This document shows positions 1 to 13,501 of a DNA stretch of 64,000 nucleotides, one piece after another. The first letter of the stretch is position 1. Each line of letters opens with the position of its first letter. Origin of the DNA: Epiperipatus broadwayi (Eukaryota; Animalia; Onychophora). Where the stretch lies: contig JAQFVV010000006.1 in assembly GCA_028023455.1 (NCBI GenBank), positions 13,516,001-13,580,000 on the forward strand, given 5' to 3'. The notes under the pieces were generated by a model, which worked only from the letters and a program-made list of their open reading frames with translations, made no database searches and was not told where the DNA came from. A program made the translations under genes and the position numbers.

Positions 1-269
1 ATACTAAATGAAATCAATAGTATGAGAGGCAGGTTATCATAATATATCTTGAAAATATTGAATTAAAATGGTTGAAGAATAAATGCTTAATAACAAATAA
101 GTTGGCCAGTAGGGGAAAATTATCGTTTTAGCTGCAACTTTGCCAAAAAAAAAGTCGGTAATTTACGAAATACCAAGGAAATGTCAGTTTTATTTTATAC
201 ATTGATTTGAGGTTTTGAGCATTCTGAACAGTACCTAAGATTTTGAATAAAATTTTAGAATTCAATAAT

Positions 270-440
270 GTCACTCTGAAGGTTTGTAATGATGGTATAT
301 TATAAGATGTGATATGTTGGACTATTTCCATCATTTATGAGTGGATGTAATAACACACTTGGACTATTTCCATCATTTATGAGTGGATGTAATAACACAC
401 AAATAGACAACACAAGTTAGTCCAACATATCACATCTAAT
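270..440 (-). repeat. Fragment of the PLE-C terminal-repeat tail, with a ~42-bp tandem duplication and a short inversion
   Basis: CTGAAGGTTTGT(A/G)ATGATGGT...TTGGACTATTTCCATCAT matches 13075-13130 and 37080-37140. TTGGACTATTTCCATCATTTATGAGTGGATGTAATAACACAC occurs twice. AGATGTGATATGTTGGAC (~305-322) is inverted at ~420-437. Confidence 0.6.
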
Positions 441-1371
441 AATGTCGCTATATGTAAATTTGATACAGTACAGTGCTTTCTAAAAGCCTTTTATTTTTAT
501 CATTTTATAACGACAGTTTGATCTTCGAGTCTCAAACTTTCTGCGCTCAGATCTTTGACAATATCCACTTTAGATAAATACCGTAATGATTATTGGCAAT
601 TATTTGCTAGACTAGAGATTATCATATCATCTTACTATAGTCCCTGATTAGTTAAATTTTATTTTTATATATATAATTGTAATCTTGTTTATCAATCACA
701 TTTTTTCATTAATTAAAGAGATATTTTAATTAAAGAGAATATTTTATTTTTCAATAAATCTTTCAAGTATTTTTGCTTTTCAATTTATTTTTGTTTATAT
801 ATATAAAACAATATTTGTTTTTTTTTGCTTGTTTATTTGTTTTAAATTCCTCTTCCCCTTTTATAGTAGTTTAAGGAATTAATTTTTAATTCAACATTCT
901 CTGCTTGTTTGAATTACAGAATTTCTTACATCTAAGTAAAAAAAATTGGAATCATGACAAATTTTACTGATTATAAACAAAAACTCACAAATAATTTATT
1001 GAAAATACAAAAGGAAATAGATTAATAGTGGAAAATCAAATATTAATTCAAATTAATAATTAATGTGAAGAATTCAATTTATTTTATTTTAATATTCTAT
1101 CAAAGTTTTGTTTGTGGACAGCACAGTGATAAATCAAATGGCTTTATTATTCAAGACTTCGTAAGAAATTTGATCACCAGAAGTGCTAAAATGGGAATCG
1201 ATTTGAAGACTTTACTTTTTACTGCTGTACTAAATTATACGGGGCAATTGTAAAATCAGGAATGACAATCATCTTGGGTATTTTTGGTTGCAGCATTGAG
1301 CGAAAGTTTTTTATATATATTTTAAACTATTACTGAAATTCAAAAATTAATTTTATTGTGAAACCATAAAC

Positions 1372-1707
1372 CAGGGGTCCCCAACCTTTTTGCACTTAAG
1401 AGCACATTCTATAATACCGACCAGATGGCGGGCACCATTTATTTTTTCCACTAGGTGGCGGGCACCATTTATTTTTTCAATGTAAATTTATAGTAGGATA
1501 TTGTTAATAATACACATAATGTACAAAAAAATATTTATTTCAAAAATAAAATTTTAACATATAATTAACGTTTATATAAGAAATTTTAAGAATTAAATTT
1601 ATTTGTATCAGATAAATAATTTTTTATCGTGTTCGGATAGTGGTGGGCACAGGTAAAATGGTCTGCGGGTGCCATGGTGCCCGCAAGCATAGGATTGGGG
1701 ATCCCTG
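1372..1707. mobile_element. hAT (Charlie-like) MITE, 336 bp
   Basis: TIRs CAGGGGTCCCCAACCT / AGGATTGGGGATCCCTG; perfect 8-bp TSD CCATAAAC at 1364-1371 and 1708-1715. Confidence 0.92.
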
Positions 1708-2631
1708 CCATAAACTTTAATCAGCAGGACTCGAGTTGAGAACCCTGACTGTATACAGTTTTAATCCTCCAAGGTTTTAAAACATTGTTTTGGTGTCAAC
1801 TCCTAGCACGGTTAAGTTTTTACAATGAGTTTATTAACATCTGCCACATTATTATCTATATACAGCATGAATTGACCATTCTAAGTATTAGAAATTCATT
1901 TAAAATTAGGGATTCCAGAAATTTTAATAGAGTAAGTTTTCAACACTTACCTGGAATCAAAATTATTAATTTGAATTTGGCCACTTACGCTAACCTGTTC
2001 TTTTTAAACCTATCCATGGAAGGAACAAGTCAATTATATTGCTAAGATAATTCACAATTCCCAAGGAATCTTTAAATGAATTTGCAAAGATCTCCGATCT
2101 TTTGTTATATGAATGCCGATCTACTTTGTTAGATAGATTGGTGTTGATAAAAGGTGGGTATTATATTCATGTTCATTTAAATAATTCTTTGGGAATCCAG
2201 CTTGTGAATTATCTTAATACTGAATTCGCACATTTGTTCTGAGAATAGATATGAATTCTTAATGTTACATATTCGAAAACCTACAAAATAATTTATACGC
2301 CATCAATAATCATTTGAATTTTTTTTATGGATGACTAGTATTTATTGGAAGAAAAAGGGCGGTGAATAATCCATCAGCATTCCAATTCTTTGTTATTATG
2401 GAATATTATTATATCTTGCTCTGTCTATAGCAAAACATGAAATAAGTTACAAAAATTATTAATAATCTATACAAAATAATAGTTAAAATATGAATGGATA
2501 TATCTACATTATACATTTGTCTACAATACAAAACCTTATCTAATATTTACATTTGTGTCTTCTTTTTTATCCCGAGCAAAATATTTTTTATATAGGGATG
2601 GACAATCATCGTTAATAGTATTCTGGCTCAA

Positions 2632-2900
2632 GGACAGGTCCAGAGAGTAATCACATCACAATTCATACATTTTCCCACTTCGTTCTCTTTATTGCCCAGA
2701 TCTTCAATTCAATGTAACTCTTCCCATCTCTTATATCATTCAGCAATGTCAACTTTTTCTAATTTTTCTTTTTGTTTCCTCTCACCATTCCCTTCAAAAA
2801 CATCTTACATTCTTCTTCTTAAGGTATGTCCAATCCAGTTTCTATTTCTAATTTTCCTCAATCAATCTTCTTTCTTCATTTACTTTTTTCAAAACCTTTC
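2632..2900 (-). mobile_element. RTE-clade LINE 3' fragment
   Basis: Reverse complement of the 12490-12730 fragment family (GGACAGGTCCAGAGAGTAATC...CCATTCCCTTCAAAAACATC). Confidence 0.7.
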
Positions 2901-3424
2901 AATATTTAGTATAAAATTAGCGCTATACATACTTGCAATGTATTAGTGGACAACAGTGGTAATATTCACTATTGATATTCATATTTATTTCTTAAATTTC
3001 AATGTGCATTGATATAATTAAAAGATAAATAAATTTTTAGAATTTAAGAAAGTTCAAGGAATCCATTTTTGTTTGATTTCCCTCAGCAACAGCTTACATT
3101 TGCCCTGTGTAAATAAGATTATCTTTGTTTTTCAAGACATCCTTCAATATTAATATTTGGAATTTGATAGATTTTATTAAGATTTGAATTGAAATAGTAA
3201 AATTACTTATTTAATTTCTAATAATGTGGGAGTTTTTTCATGATTTATTTACTTCCATCTTGATTTTATTTTTAATATATTAATTACCAATTAATATTAT
3301 TCACATTCAAAAATATTTAGTAAAGTTGGTTAATTTTCTCTCACTAATATATTCAAATATGAAATAGTTAATTTTAATTAATTCCTGTTTATGCATTTAT
3401 GTATTAAATGGGTAATCAATCAAG

Positions 3425-3900
3425 TGTTCTGTCCTGTAGGAAGGTCCAGAGAGCAATCACATACCTAACTCATCCATTTCTTCATACTCTTCTATTCATT
3501 GCCCAAATCTTCAATTCCATATATTTCTTCACATCTTACATCATTCGTTCAAGGTCAATTGTTTCCATGTTTTTTTCTCATTCCTATTCACCATTCCCTC
3601 CAAAACATCTTTCATTAAACTATTCTTTTTTTTTTTTAGTGTTTCCAGTCCAGTTTTTTTTTCTATCTTAATTTCCTCATTCAGTCTTCTTTTTCATTTA
3701 CTCTTTCCAAATTTTTTTTATTTATCATCTTATTCAGCTAACTAATTTTCTCCTCAACCATCTGAAAAGCTTCCAATTTATTCCTAATTCTTTTATTCAT
3801 TGCTCACATTTCACAACCATACAATAATACATTCCACACTTATCAGTTAATATTTTCCTTAATTTCCTCTTCAAAGATCTGTAATTTTTCTCTCCTCTTA
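3425..3900 (-). mobile_element. RTE-clade LINE 3' fragment (longer copy)
   Basis: Same family as 2632-2900 and 12490-12730; extends further into the decayed RT C-terminus. Confidence 0.7.
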
Positions 3901-5329
3901 ATTCTATATTGGTCCATTGATCCTTTATTACAAATACGTTTTCTATTCGTGTAATATTTTCCAAACAGCTTCATGAAAAATTGTTAAAATTAATGTGATA
4001 TTAATTTTTTTTTCTGAAAATATTAATTATTTTGGTATATTCCAAATGTGTCGTGATGCAACAATAGTCCATTTAATTGCCATACCTGCAATCTGGATTC
4101 AAATTCAGAACAAGTAAACTTAATTTTTTAACAGGTTTAGAGTTTTACCCCTAAATGGGTGGTTTGCTCTAATATTGATTGGTTAATGGGTGTTCAGCTA
4201 TTCTGAGTTAGATGGTGAAATATGTTCAAATTTTTCAATGACTAGCAATTGCCTTTTTTTTTCTCTTTGAGAGGTTGCCGGAACATACCCTGCAATAAGT
4301 TCTTTAAAGATTGTTTTACTTTTTTATCTTTGCTCCATAAACGAGTATCGGTGTTCGTTTTCTTTTAATATAAATACAAATTTATTGTAAGTGTTTTGTA
4401 ACAAAATGTTTGGGAAACATCGTTATATCATAGCAAGCGAATAAATCTTTAATTATTACAATAAGACATTGGCAATCACCTATAGAAGAAAAGAGAACTC
4501 TTGTAGTTATAAATTATTGTTATTTTTAACATGTTTTCATAAGGAAAATGTGGTGAGGCTTTTTTCAGTGATTCCTGCATGCAAGGATAGGCAAAAGACC
4601 ACTCACGCATATCACAATCAACAGCTGATTTTATGCGAATTTGCCATCTAGTGTCAGCTTTAGTAAACAATAGATGCCAGATAGTAGTGTTGAATAAATC
4701 CCTATCCAGTGCACCCATTTGACATCTATTGGTTTCTAAGGTCTGCACTAGGTGGCAGAATCATGGTGAAAAAAAAGAATTTCCATCTGAACAGCCTTGT
4801 GTAAGTATTATAGAAGATGTGGTCATGTGGTATATTATTAATTTGACAATCCTGAAAAGTTGCTTGAGTTCTACTGTGTAAGCAATCTTGGGAGCTATTC
4901 TTGGATGGAATAAAAATCAGGGACATTCCCAGATCGTCTACCTGTCATTTGTGCTCTACATAATACTTTATTATTAAATAAGAAAAAAGTGTGATATTTT
5001 TATATACTCTTCTGTTCAAGAAGGCCTTGAAGCATATGATTAAAGCATTCACCTACATCTAGCCATTCATTGCAGATTGGTAAAAGGATATCTAGGTATT
5101 CTTAGTTAGAAAGTAAATTAAGGATGGTCAATTGCATAACGAGCTTCATCTGTTCAATGTGTTTTGTCTTGGGATTGGGCTATTTAAAGACTACTTTTAT
5201 ATCTATGTAAAAAATATTAAGAGCCTATTTTTTACAGATGAAACACTACTGGTCAAATCCCCTCATACAAGAGTATGATTGAGAAGGTAATACTTTCCAA
5301 TTGTCAGATGGTGAGAATTTAAGTGTTTT

Positions 5330-5570
5330 TATATCTGTTTTAATCTAGAAAAGATTAGCTAAATACCCATTTCTTGTCCAATGTTATATGGTTGGCTGAA
5401 TTGATTATGGGCCAACCAAATCCTAAGTTTTTTGAAAAAGAATTTTGCTTGACCCAAATGCATTTCCTTCATACACTTGCCTATGTATATCTGACTGTGA
5501 TAACTTAACTGTACACAGTTATAAAAACATTGCAATAAAAAAAAAAGGATTGTACTATCTATATGTCCGT
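5330..5570 (-). pseudogene. Possible decayed GIY-YIG fragment of a Penelope-like element
   Basis: Minus-strand ORF contains QIYIGKCMKE followed by WLAHNQFSQPYNIG, loosely resembling YIG...A.H....GH. Confidence 0.35.
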
Positions 5571-7079
5571 AATTACATATTTCCATCGTATTAAATATTG
5601 AACATTAAATTATTGTTAATAGTTCATTGCAAGTGAAATCTCTTTAATACATCTCCACAATGATCTGTCTCAAGTTTTTCTTTTTCATAATGATTAAGAA
5701 AGCATTCTCATTTCATCATCTTGCCAATTACCCCTATTTCAAAGTTGTTTCTTGTGCTTAGGTATTTACTATCGTTTTTTACTAATTATTTGGTCTGACT
5801 CAGATTAAGTTCTTTATGTTTATTTTAGTAATATCAGTCTGCACTCATAGCTTCACTTTTTTCCTTATCATTCCTATTTATTCTTTTGCACTTATCTTGT
5901 AGTCTTTGTTTAACTATAGAATTCAATTCTCAAATTATCAAGGCTTTCTTCTTTTAATGTCATATTAATGCTATCATACATATATATCTGCGTCTATTTT
6001 TTACTTTACTTAATATAAAAATAAATATAATTGTCTTTTCAAGCTTTTTTTTTTCTATTAATTATAATAATATTCTCGGCCAATATAAATTTGTTAACAT
6101 TACATTAGTTTTACTAAGATTTCTTTTCAGTTCTTTTGATAACCCGTTTATTGACCAAATTTTTGGATTGTAAGTCACCGGCTGCTGTTATGGAAATAGT
6201 ATCATATGTGGAACTAAGATTGCAATCTGACGAATCCCAATTTAAACCTTTAAAAATTTACATGAAATATCTTAAAAAATGTTCTTAGAGTACATCTCAT
6301 TTTATTTTTTTATATATACATTGCTTTATAAATGACATCTGGGTTCATCGTTTTGTTATTCGTAGTACTATTATACTGGTGTTTCCTCTGGCTCACAGCT
6401 GCCATCTATTGGGTGATTAATGTTGTTATAAAAATAACTGTAGAGACACTGTAAGCATTCGTGTAGAATATTTAAAATCCAACCAATAAAAAGCAAGAAC
6501 AGCAAATTTTAAAAATATAAAGGGGAGAATGGAATTATGACAGATAAAAATAAAACTATAAAAATCAAAAGCTATTCAGATTAATGAGTTTAAAATATAT
6601 TACTTAATAATTTCAATATATGTCTTATTTATTTCCTGATTTTTTTTAAAATAGTAATCACACCACATATATATAAAGATAAAGCAACCTTTAAATAGTC
6701 TTTAAAAGATAAAGATCTCTTCTGTAACTCCTCATAAAGAAGACGGTATTTACCAAGTGTGCCAATTTCCAGAGGATATGGTTTTGAATTGTTTATCAGC
6801 CTTATTTTACTATATAGCTGAGAATATTTCGTTATCCATTTTTTTACCAAATGTTGGATGGATAGTTGAGATGGCTACAAGCCACGTGTCGGTTAGAAAA
6901 ATTCCAAACCTGCTGAGAAAATGAAAATTCTCTGTTCTGTTTATATATATATATATAAATTGAAATCTTTTCATAACGTGTAAAACTTAGTCATATTGTA
7001 AGTTCATGTGCATTACATTTTTAAATTATTTTATGTACTATATGTATGCGTGAAGAACTACATGGATAATAGTTAGTAC

Positions 7080-8330
7080 ATTACCTATCATGTCCATGAC
7101 TTGCGATTTAAGACCAGATCAGGCAAATGTTGATATTTTCATCGCAAGCAAACTTTTTCTTTTAAATAGACAGCTATAACTAATTTATACTAGCCCTCAT
7201 TAAGATAATTATTTCTAGCCAGAGAATAAAAATGTTAGGATAATCAATTTAAATAATGAAGAACTCGAACATAAGGGAAAAAACTGGGATTGTAATATAA
7301 TGGTAGATTCTTTTTCCTGGGCTGAACTCTTATTCTTTTATTATCGTAATTAATCTCTGGTACTAAATTTCTTTCTAGATGCTGCATCTTTTACTGAAAT
7401 AAAATCCAATCTTCTAATCTTATGCATGAAATGTCATATTGTAGAGCGTAGGTGGCAAATTGATAGATTTATAATTTTGTCAATGATTATCGTGTTTTTA
7501 TATAATAATGATACAAGTACATTACATCATGTTGACCGTTTAATATTTTCCGTTACCCTATTCTTTCAAGATAGTGACTGGGTTTTACCCATTTTTATCA
7601 TTTGGTGGAAGAATGAATAATCATTGTGCCGCAATTCTCATCTCGATTTCACCATATAACACAGAAACTCGGACCAATTTTTTTCCACTATTTTATCCAG
7701 AATACTGTTTTAAATTAAATATATTTTAAACAATAATAATATCTTTGATAATTCATCAGCAGCAGCTTTCTCATCTCTGATGACCTTTACGTATTAATAG
7801 AAACCGCATTATCTTTTTCAGCAGGAATTATATCGAATTTCATGTGTACCTGTTGAATCTATATCACTTTTATAAAAATGAAAAGATTCCAACTATTTTA
7901 AAAATTCTGTTAATTCTACTTCTGTTGATAATCAAAATTATGTTATTTCGTTTCTCTATTAATTTAAAATTTGGTTAATCTTTTTTCTTCATTCACTTTG
8001 TTTAAACTAAATTGCGTTTAAAGAAACCAATTTTTCGAACTACTTATTTATTGTTTTTTTGTTTAACTCTGCACTTTCGTTTGGAAAATTAAATCTTATT
8101 TTCCTTTTCTCTGCTTTTTCTTCATGATTTTAGTACTGTGTGAAATTTTGAGAGTTGTTAACAGCTTTTTTCTCCCGGCTTTTAAACTTGCAACTCACGT
8201 AATATTAATGATTTGGCTCATTACTTTAATCATCCAAATTTTTTGAATTTTGTTTGCTTTAAGACTAATTTATTTTTAACTTCTACTTTTGCTGTAGATG
8301 ACTGTTTACCAATATTTTTCAAATCTGTAT
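7080..8330 (-). pseudogene. Decayed Tigger/pogo transposase
   Basis: Broken minus-strand frames give KVIRDEKAAADEL, RVSVLYG...MGKTQS and NLVPEINY...LPLYYNPS, echoing the Tigger motifs GEAASAD, RLTVL..IGKS and FVPEV..LLLDN; many stops and frameshifts. Confidence 0.5.
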
Positions 8331-9249
8331 GCACATGTTTATTCTTTATTAGTTTATACTTTTTTATATAGCCTCTTACAATTTTATGTTCATACTGATA
8401 TTAAAAATATGTGCCCAAATGTATATACAGTATTGATAAACCTTCTCAAGGGCCTTCTCCAGTTATGCTAACAATGTGGGATTTGAGTCCAAATTGAATG
8501 AACATTACAAATTTTTCTGGTCACTAGCAGACTTAAATTGTTGGTTTTTTCCCCGTTTAACCAGCTAATCCATCTAGCTTCGGTCACTTATTGGCATTAA
8601 TGGATATAATCTTGGTCAGACAAATACATGTTGATGCCCTGACTATGAACAGAAAATGATTGTACGCTGATACAGTCTTCGCATTTGGTGTGGCACTAGA
8701 TGATAGTCAGCAATGGTACTGAATCCATCAGTGACTTTGTTCAAATAATGCTGGTCACATGGTCTACCTTTAAATATAATTGGATCATAAAAACTTTCCA
8801 TCCATCCATTCATCTTAATTTAATGTGTTAATTTACTCCCTCTACATAACCGACTTAAAAAATAAATAAAACTACCTTAATATACTTATTTAAAAGTCAA
8901 GAAAATATTAAATCATACTCTGTAGCCTAATAGTTCAGTCTAATTTACGAAAGTGACTTTAAATCACTGAATATTGTATATATACAATTACTTGGATTGT
9001 TAAAAATGAGGCACAGTCTTTATTATCTGATAGATATAATGATTTGAGATTGGTTTGCAGTCATACTGAAATCACAATATACAGATTTTATGCTGTGCAT
9101 TGTAACATGCCAATAATCATCAGAGTTCAGAATTAGGTGTGTCTCCTCCGTTATTTCTAGTTTGTTGACAGATTTATCTTAGTTTATATATTGCTCACTG
9201 GGGTTCTAGAAACTTCGGCTTTAATTTTATTGCCATCTATAGTAAGCGT

Positions 9250-9545
9250 GAGTAATCAGTCATTATCAGATGGTACTGCATTTAAATCCCCATTCATAGA
9301 CCAATTTTGAACTTTTGCCTTTATTAGTGCGATTTGGATTTCGAAAACTGGAAGTAATGCACATAGGATTTGACAACTTTCTTTAACTTCATTTTACTAT
9401 TCGATTTAAAAGTCTGAAATATCAAACATACTAAGATTTTGAATTCAAGCCAACCATTTGAACAGTTATGCAGGTGCAATCCTATGCCAGTAATTATATA
9501 TTTTATTATCTGGTTTTTTCTGATTGTAAGCCTCAACATTTCTGG
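9250..9545 (-). pseudogene. Tigger/pogo CENP-B-type HTH remnant
   Basis: Minus-strand ORF contains CSNGWLEFK, compare the F.ASNGWL.RFK motif. Confidence 0.5.
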
Positions 9546-10929
9546 CCAGGAATAAAGTAAGTCCTTTGGTTCTATACCTTAAATAATATGTAGTGTAATG
9601 AGAAACTCTCTAATATCATTTGATAATTATATTTGCTCACTATAGATGGCTCTAGAATAGAAAAATGCTCTTATTTTATTATGTATTCTATAAGCTAAAG
9701 AATTGAGCAGTATTGCTATAGTATATATGTATTTGAGTTTTCTGACTGACATCAAGTTCGAGATAATTATTTATAAAGATCCTTGACTAGGCAAATGACA
9801 GTTAATAATAATAAATATTCAAATGTCTTTATTATTTGAGGATTTATAAGAAGTTTGAGTTTCGCAAGTGCGAGTGGTGGAATCAGTCCTAGGACTCCAC
9901 GTTCCAATCTGACATTCTATTACTATGCAAACCCCAAGGGCATTGACAATTTATGATTATTATCAATGATACTTTTAGCATCCCAGTTTTTAAAACCACA
10001 AAATAAATTTTAATGAAGTCTTCATATATTAAAATAATCCATAGTTATTCACCACAAAATCATGTGATGTTTAAGTACTTGAGCTTTGGTCCAGAAATTT
10101 GTAGCTCGTAATGTTCATTACCATCTGGCCAAACACTGTTTTGAGCTTAAGATATATATTATAATCAAATCTTAAAAATTATTATTTTTTGTGTAGTTAA
10201 CATTATCTTTGTTGTATTATTTATAGAAAGCATCACGTGATCATTGAATTTTTTTGTTGTTGTCTAGAACTTTTGTCTTTCATGTTTCATTGTATCAGTC
10301 TTTACTCCACGTGTTGCAGTTGTTTATTACATGTGCAACAATATGCCGAGATATTTGTTAATCTCCATAAGTTTTTATTAATTCAATACTTCAGTTTTTT
10401 TTTAGTGGCGGGGGGGGGGGGGGGTATTTTATTATCTTTTTAAAAAAATCAAATTTGTTCAATATTGATAAATTATTCTTATCACCATTTCTTTGCAAGA
10501 TTATACAGTTATATGTTTTAAAATACATAATTAAAAGTTACTTTATTGGTCATTCTATTTTCTATTTTAGGAATCTGAAACCTGGCTACAATTGCATTTG
10601 TATTTTTTGAAAAATAATTATTTGTTGGTTGTTGTTTTTTTTATCTTGATTTTAGCTTTGAATCACACTTACTTATATGTTCTATTACCAAACCATCAGA
10701 TACATGACCTGATAAAATAATAATCAGGTTGCTAGTTGCTTGGAGGCCATGTGATGTTTGAGTACTTTACTGATTCTGGTAGCACAAATATTCTAGAATA
10801 TTGACAAAATTGGAATGGGTTTTTTTTTTTTAACTTTGTTGAGAATTGATACAACTTTTCATACTCGAGTTGACCACAATTAGAAATAGGAACTGTGATT
10901 TCTGTAGTAATTGGCTGGTTGTGATATGG

Positions 10930-11460
10930 ACTAACTGATGAGTGCTGTTTCAGCATGAAATGTTATTCTTGACGATCATACATTTTTTTCACATAACTCT
11001 GATCATTTGTTTATGATGATACTCCTCCACAATGTGTTAAAAGCAGATAGAAACCAGTCCCTACCTTGCATGAGAGTGGTGTACTGAAAATTACACTACA
11101 GAAATATTATTTATTAAGTGAATAATCTCTAGTCTAATGAGTGAGTAATAAAAATTATTAATATACTTTCATTAAGTGATTGGTGTCAAAGTTGTGATGG
11201 TGGTAATTTTAACACTTATCAAGGAAAGTGTAGTAATATATATATATATATATATTGAACAATGATAAAGATATATGTAAGGGATTGTGATCTGGGCCAA
11301 CTGATGATTGTTGATTCATAATGTGCATCTTGGGATTGTACATCTTGTTCACGTGTCTTCAGTCATGTGTTTATGATTACACCCCTCCACAAGGTGTTAA
11401 AAGTGGATTGCATAAGAGTGGTGTACCGAAAATTACAGAAATTTATCACTTGCAGGCTTC
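10930..11460 (+). repeat. Diverged direct duplication, ~360-bp period
   Basis: AACTGATGA...TTTATGAT.A..C.CCTCCACAA.GTGTTAAAAG...TGCAT.AGAGTGGTGTAC.GAAAATTACA is present at 10930-11105 and 11298-11440. Confidence 0.7.
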
Positions 11461-11967
11461 TAGATGGTTCTGCAGCGTCACCTGGTGGCCACAGTACATG
11501 TCACCGAACACTACCTTTTATTAAATCATGTAATTTCTAATATCAATTCTTCAATTTCAAATTTTTTTACAATACAGAATCTCGGAAAGTATTCAGATGA
11601 GGGTTTTGATGTCAAGCTGTTATCATATCACTCTGCCATCATTTTTGGTTGACTGATGGCAGGGAATTATGTTTCTGAATATTATTATAGGAAACGAAGC
11701 GCTGAGTTTTTGGTATGAAAACACAAATTTCAATATATTTGGCTTGGTGGGAAATTTATCTCTGCTTCCCGATTTGAATAAATTTGTGAAATGTTTTGAC
11801 ATAACAATTTGCTTCAAATATTATTGCGGCAGAGTGATATTTTCAAAATCTGGTAGATTTATTGAATGTATAATAGCTAAATCGTTGGCAAACCTGATAC
11901 TAATGTACTATAATAAATAATAATTACTATTGTAAATATATTAAATTTATTAAGCACAAGCAGGTGA

Positions 11968-12163
11968 TAATAATAATATGGAAGGCTGAAGCCTCTACCA
12001 GATGCGCCTTAAAAATGCTTATGTGACAGCCAATCAGATGTATTTCTGGCTTATGTTTTTGAATTGAGTTCCACGGGCAGTCTTTATTACATCTGATTGG
12101 CTGTCACATAATCATTTTTAAGGTGCATCTGTCAGAGGTTTCAGCCTTCCACGTTATTATTAT
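11968..12163. mobile_element. MITE with ~75-bp TIRs
   Basis: ATAATAATATGGAAGGCTGAAGCCTCT...GACAGCCAATCAGATGTA is inverted as TACATCTGATTGGCTGTC...AGAGGTTTCAGCCTTCCACGTTATTAT. Confidence 0.85.
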
Positions 12164-12489
12164 AATAGTTACTATCGAAGATGAAAGCCTCAATATAACA
12201 ATTTTAAAAAAAGATCATGTTCTAAAAATTAAGTTTAGAATAATGGTGAAAAAGTTTATAAATGTATTTTATTTCTAAAAGTTTTGATTGTTTATTAGCA
12301 GTTGTCTTTCAATCTCACTACTGTTATGCCACTTAGTGTAAACTTTAATAATCAATAGATGCCAGACTAGTTTTTAATGAATCTCTATCCAGTGCTAATT
12401 CCAGACCAGTTTCTAGCTTATGGCTTTCATCAATAAAGAGCTTTTTAGATTTTTTTTTGAACAGTGTTGAATCTTTTGAATCATGAGAA

Positions 12490-12730
12490 TATCAGAGAGA
12501 GAGAAAGAGAAAGTGGATTGGACATATATTAAGAAGAAATTATAGTTTAATGAAAGATGTTTTGGAGGGAATGGTGAGTGGAAATAAAAAGAAAGGACAG
12601 AAGAGATTGACATTATTGGATGATATAAGAGATGGGAAGATTTATGTGGAATTGAAGAAATGGGCAAGGAATGGAATGGATGAATTGATGTTGAAACTAC
12701 TCTCTGGACCTGTCTATTGGACAGAATACT
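12490..12730 (+). mobile_element. RTE-clade LINE 3' fragment
   Basis: ORF 12550-12768 reads DVLEGMVSGNKKKGQKRLTLLDDIRDGKIYVELKKWA, resembling the RTE C-terminal EG...GKR.RGR.R...LD motif. Confidence 0.75.
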
Positions 12731-13356
12731 ATAGATTGATTGATTACCAAACTACCAGCCCAAATTGAAAAACCTGTATTTTTTTCAATCCAAGCCAATT
12801 TGAGTGCATAGTTGTGTGTGTGTGTGAGCAAGGATCGTGTGATGCCTTATAAGTTTTGACTGTAAGTTGTAAAATAAAAAAAATCAAATTCTTAGCAATA
12901 TATTCAGCCTAAATCATCCTCGATATCAGACTACTTTTTTAAAAACAATCTTGATAGGCAGAGATTCTTGAAAATATTTTAAAACTATCCAATCATTTAA
13001 AAGTGACTGATATTATTACAATATAATCTCTCATTATATGAAAGATATGAAACAAATATAAAAAGTGTTTTTCTGAAGGTTTGTGATGATGGTGTTCTAG
13101 CTGTATTTTTATATTGGACTATTTCCATCATCTAATATGTGTGTTGAATGTCTTTAGAAAAGTTTAATTTTATTTAAATATTCCAAATGCATTCACCTGT
13201 TAGTAATATCACAGCAAACAGGTTAGTATATGCACCAACTGTTAGTAATACCACAACAAACAAATGTTAGTAATATCACAGCAAACAGGTTAGTATATGC
13301 ACTAACTGTTAGTAATATCACAGCAAACTGGTTAGTATATGCACAATGTTTCGAGT

Positions 13357-13436
13357 GGATGGCTCAGTTGGTTAGAGCGTTACCTTAAAATTCAATAATC
13401 AAGAATCTAAGGACCCAGGTTCGAATCCCATGCTAG
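13357..13436 (+). pseudogene. tRNA-derived sequence, tRNA-Leu(TAA)-like
   Basis: A box TGGCTCAGTTGGTTAG and B box GGTTCGAATCC. GGATGGC...GGTTA..GCGTT..CTTAA.AT.CAAT resembles eukaryotic tRNA-Leu(UAA), from memory. No intact acceptor stem. Confidence 0.7.
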
Positions 13437-13461
13437 TACTGTCACTTGGTCAGGCCAACAA

Positions 13462-13501
13462 CACCTGAAGAAGAGGGGAGAAAAATACGTCTCAAAACGT
13501 T
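13462..13501 (+). ncRNA. Decayed minimal type I hammerhead ribozyme
   Basis: CAC-CTGAAGA-A-GAG...CTC-(G>A)AAAC-GTT. The inverted arm at ~13340-13355 preserves CTCGAAACATTGTG. Confidence 0.6.

Noticed and set aside
6629-6850. 73-aa minus-strand ORF as a gene
   Set aside because: Non-ATG start, no recognisable family and no good flanking splice sites in that frame.
10407-10424. Poly-G runs (also ~14903, ~34688, ~55741) as G-quadruplex elements
   Set aside because: Isolated homopolymers without shared context; lengths are unreliable in assemblies.
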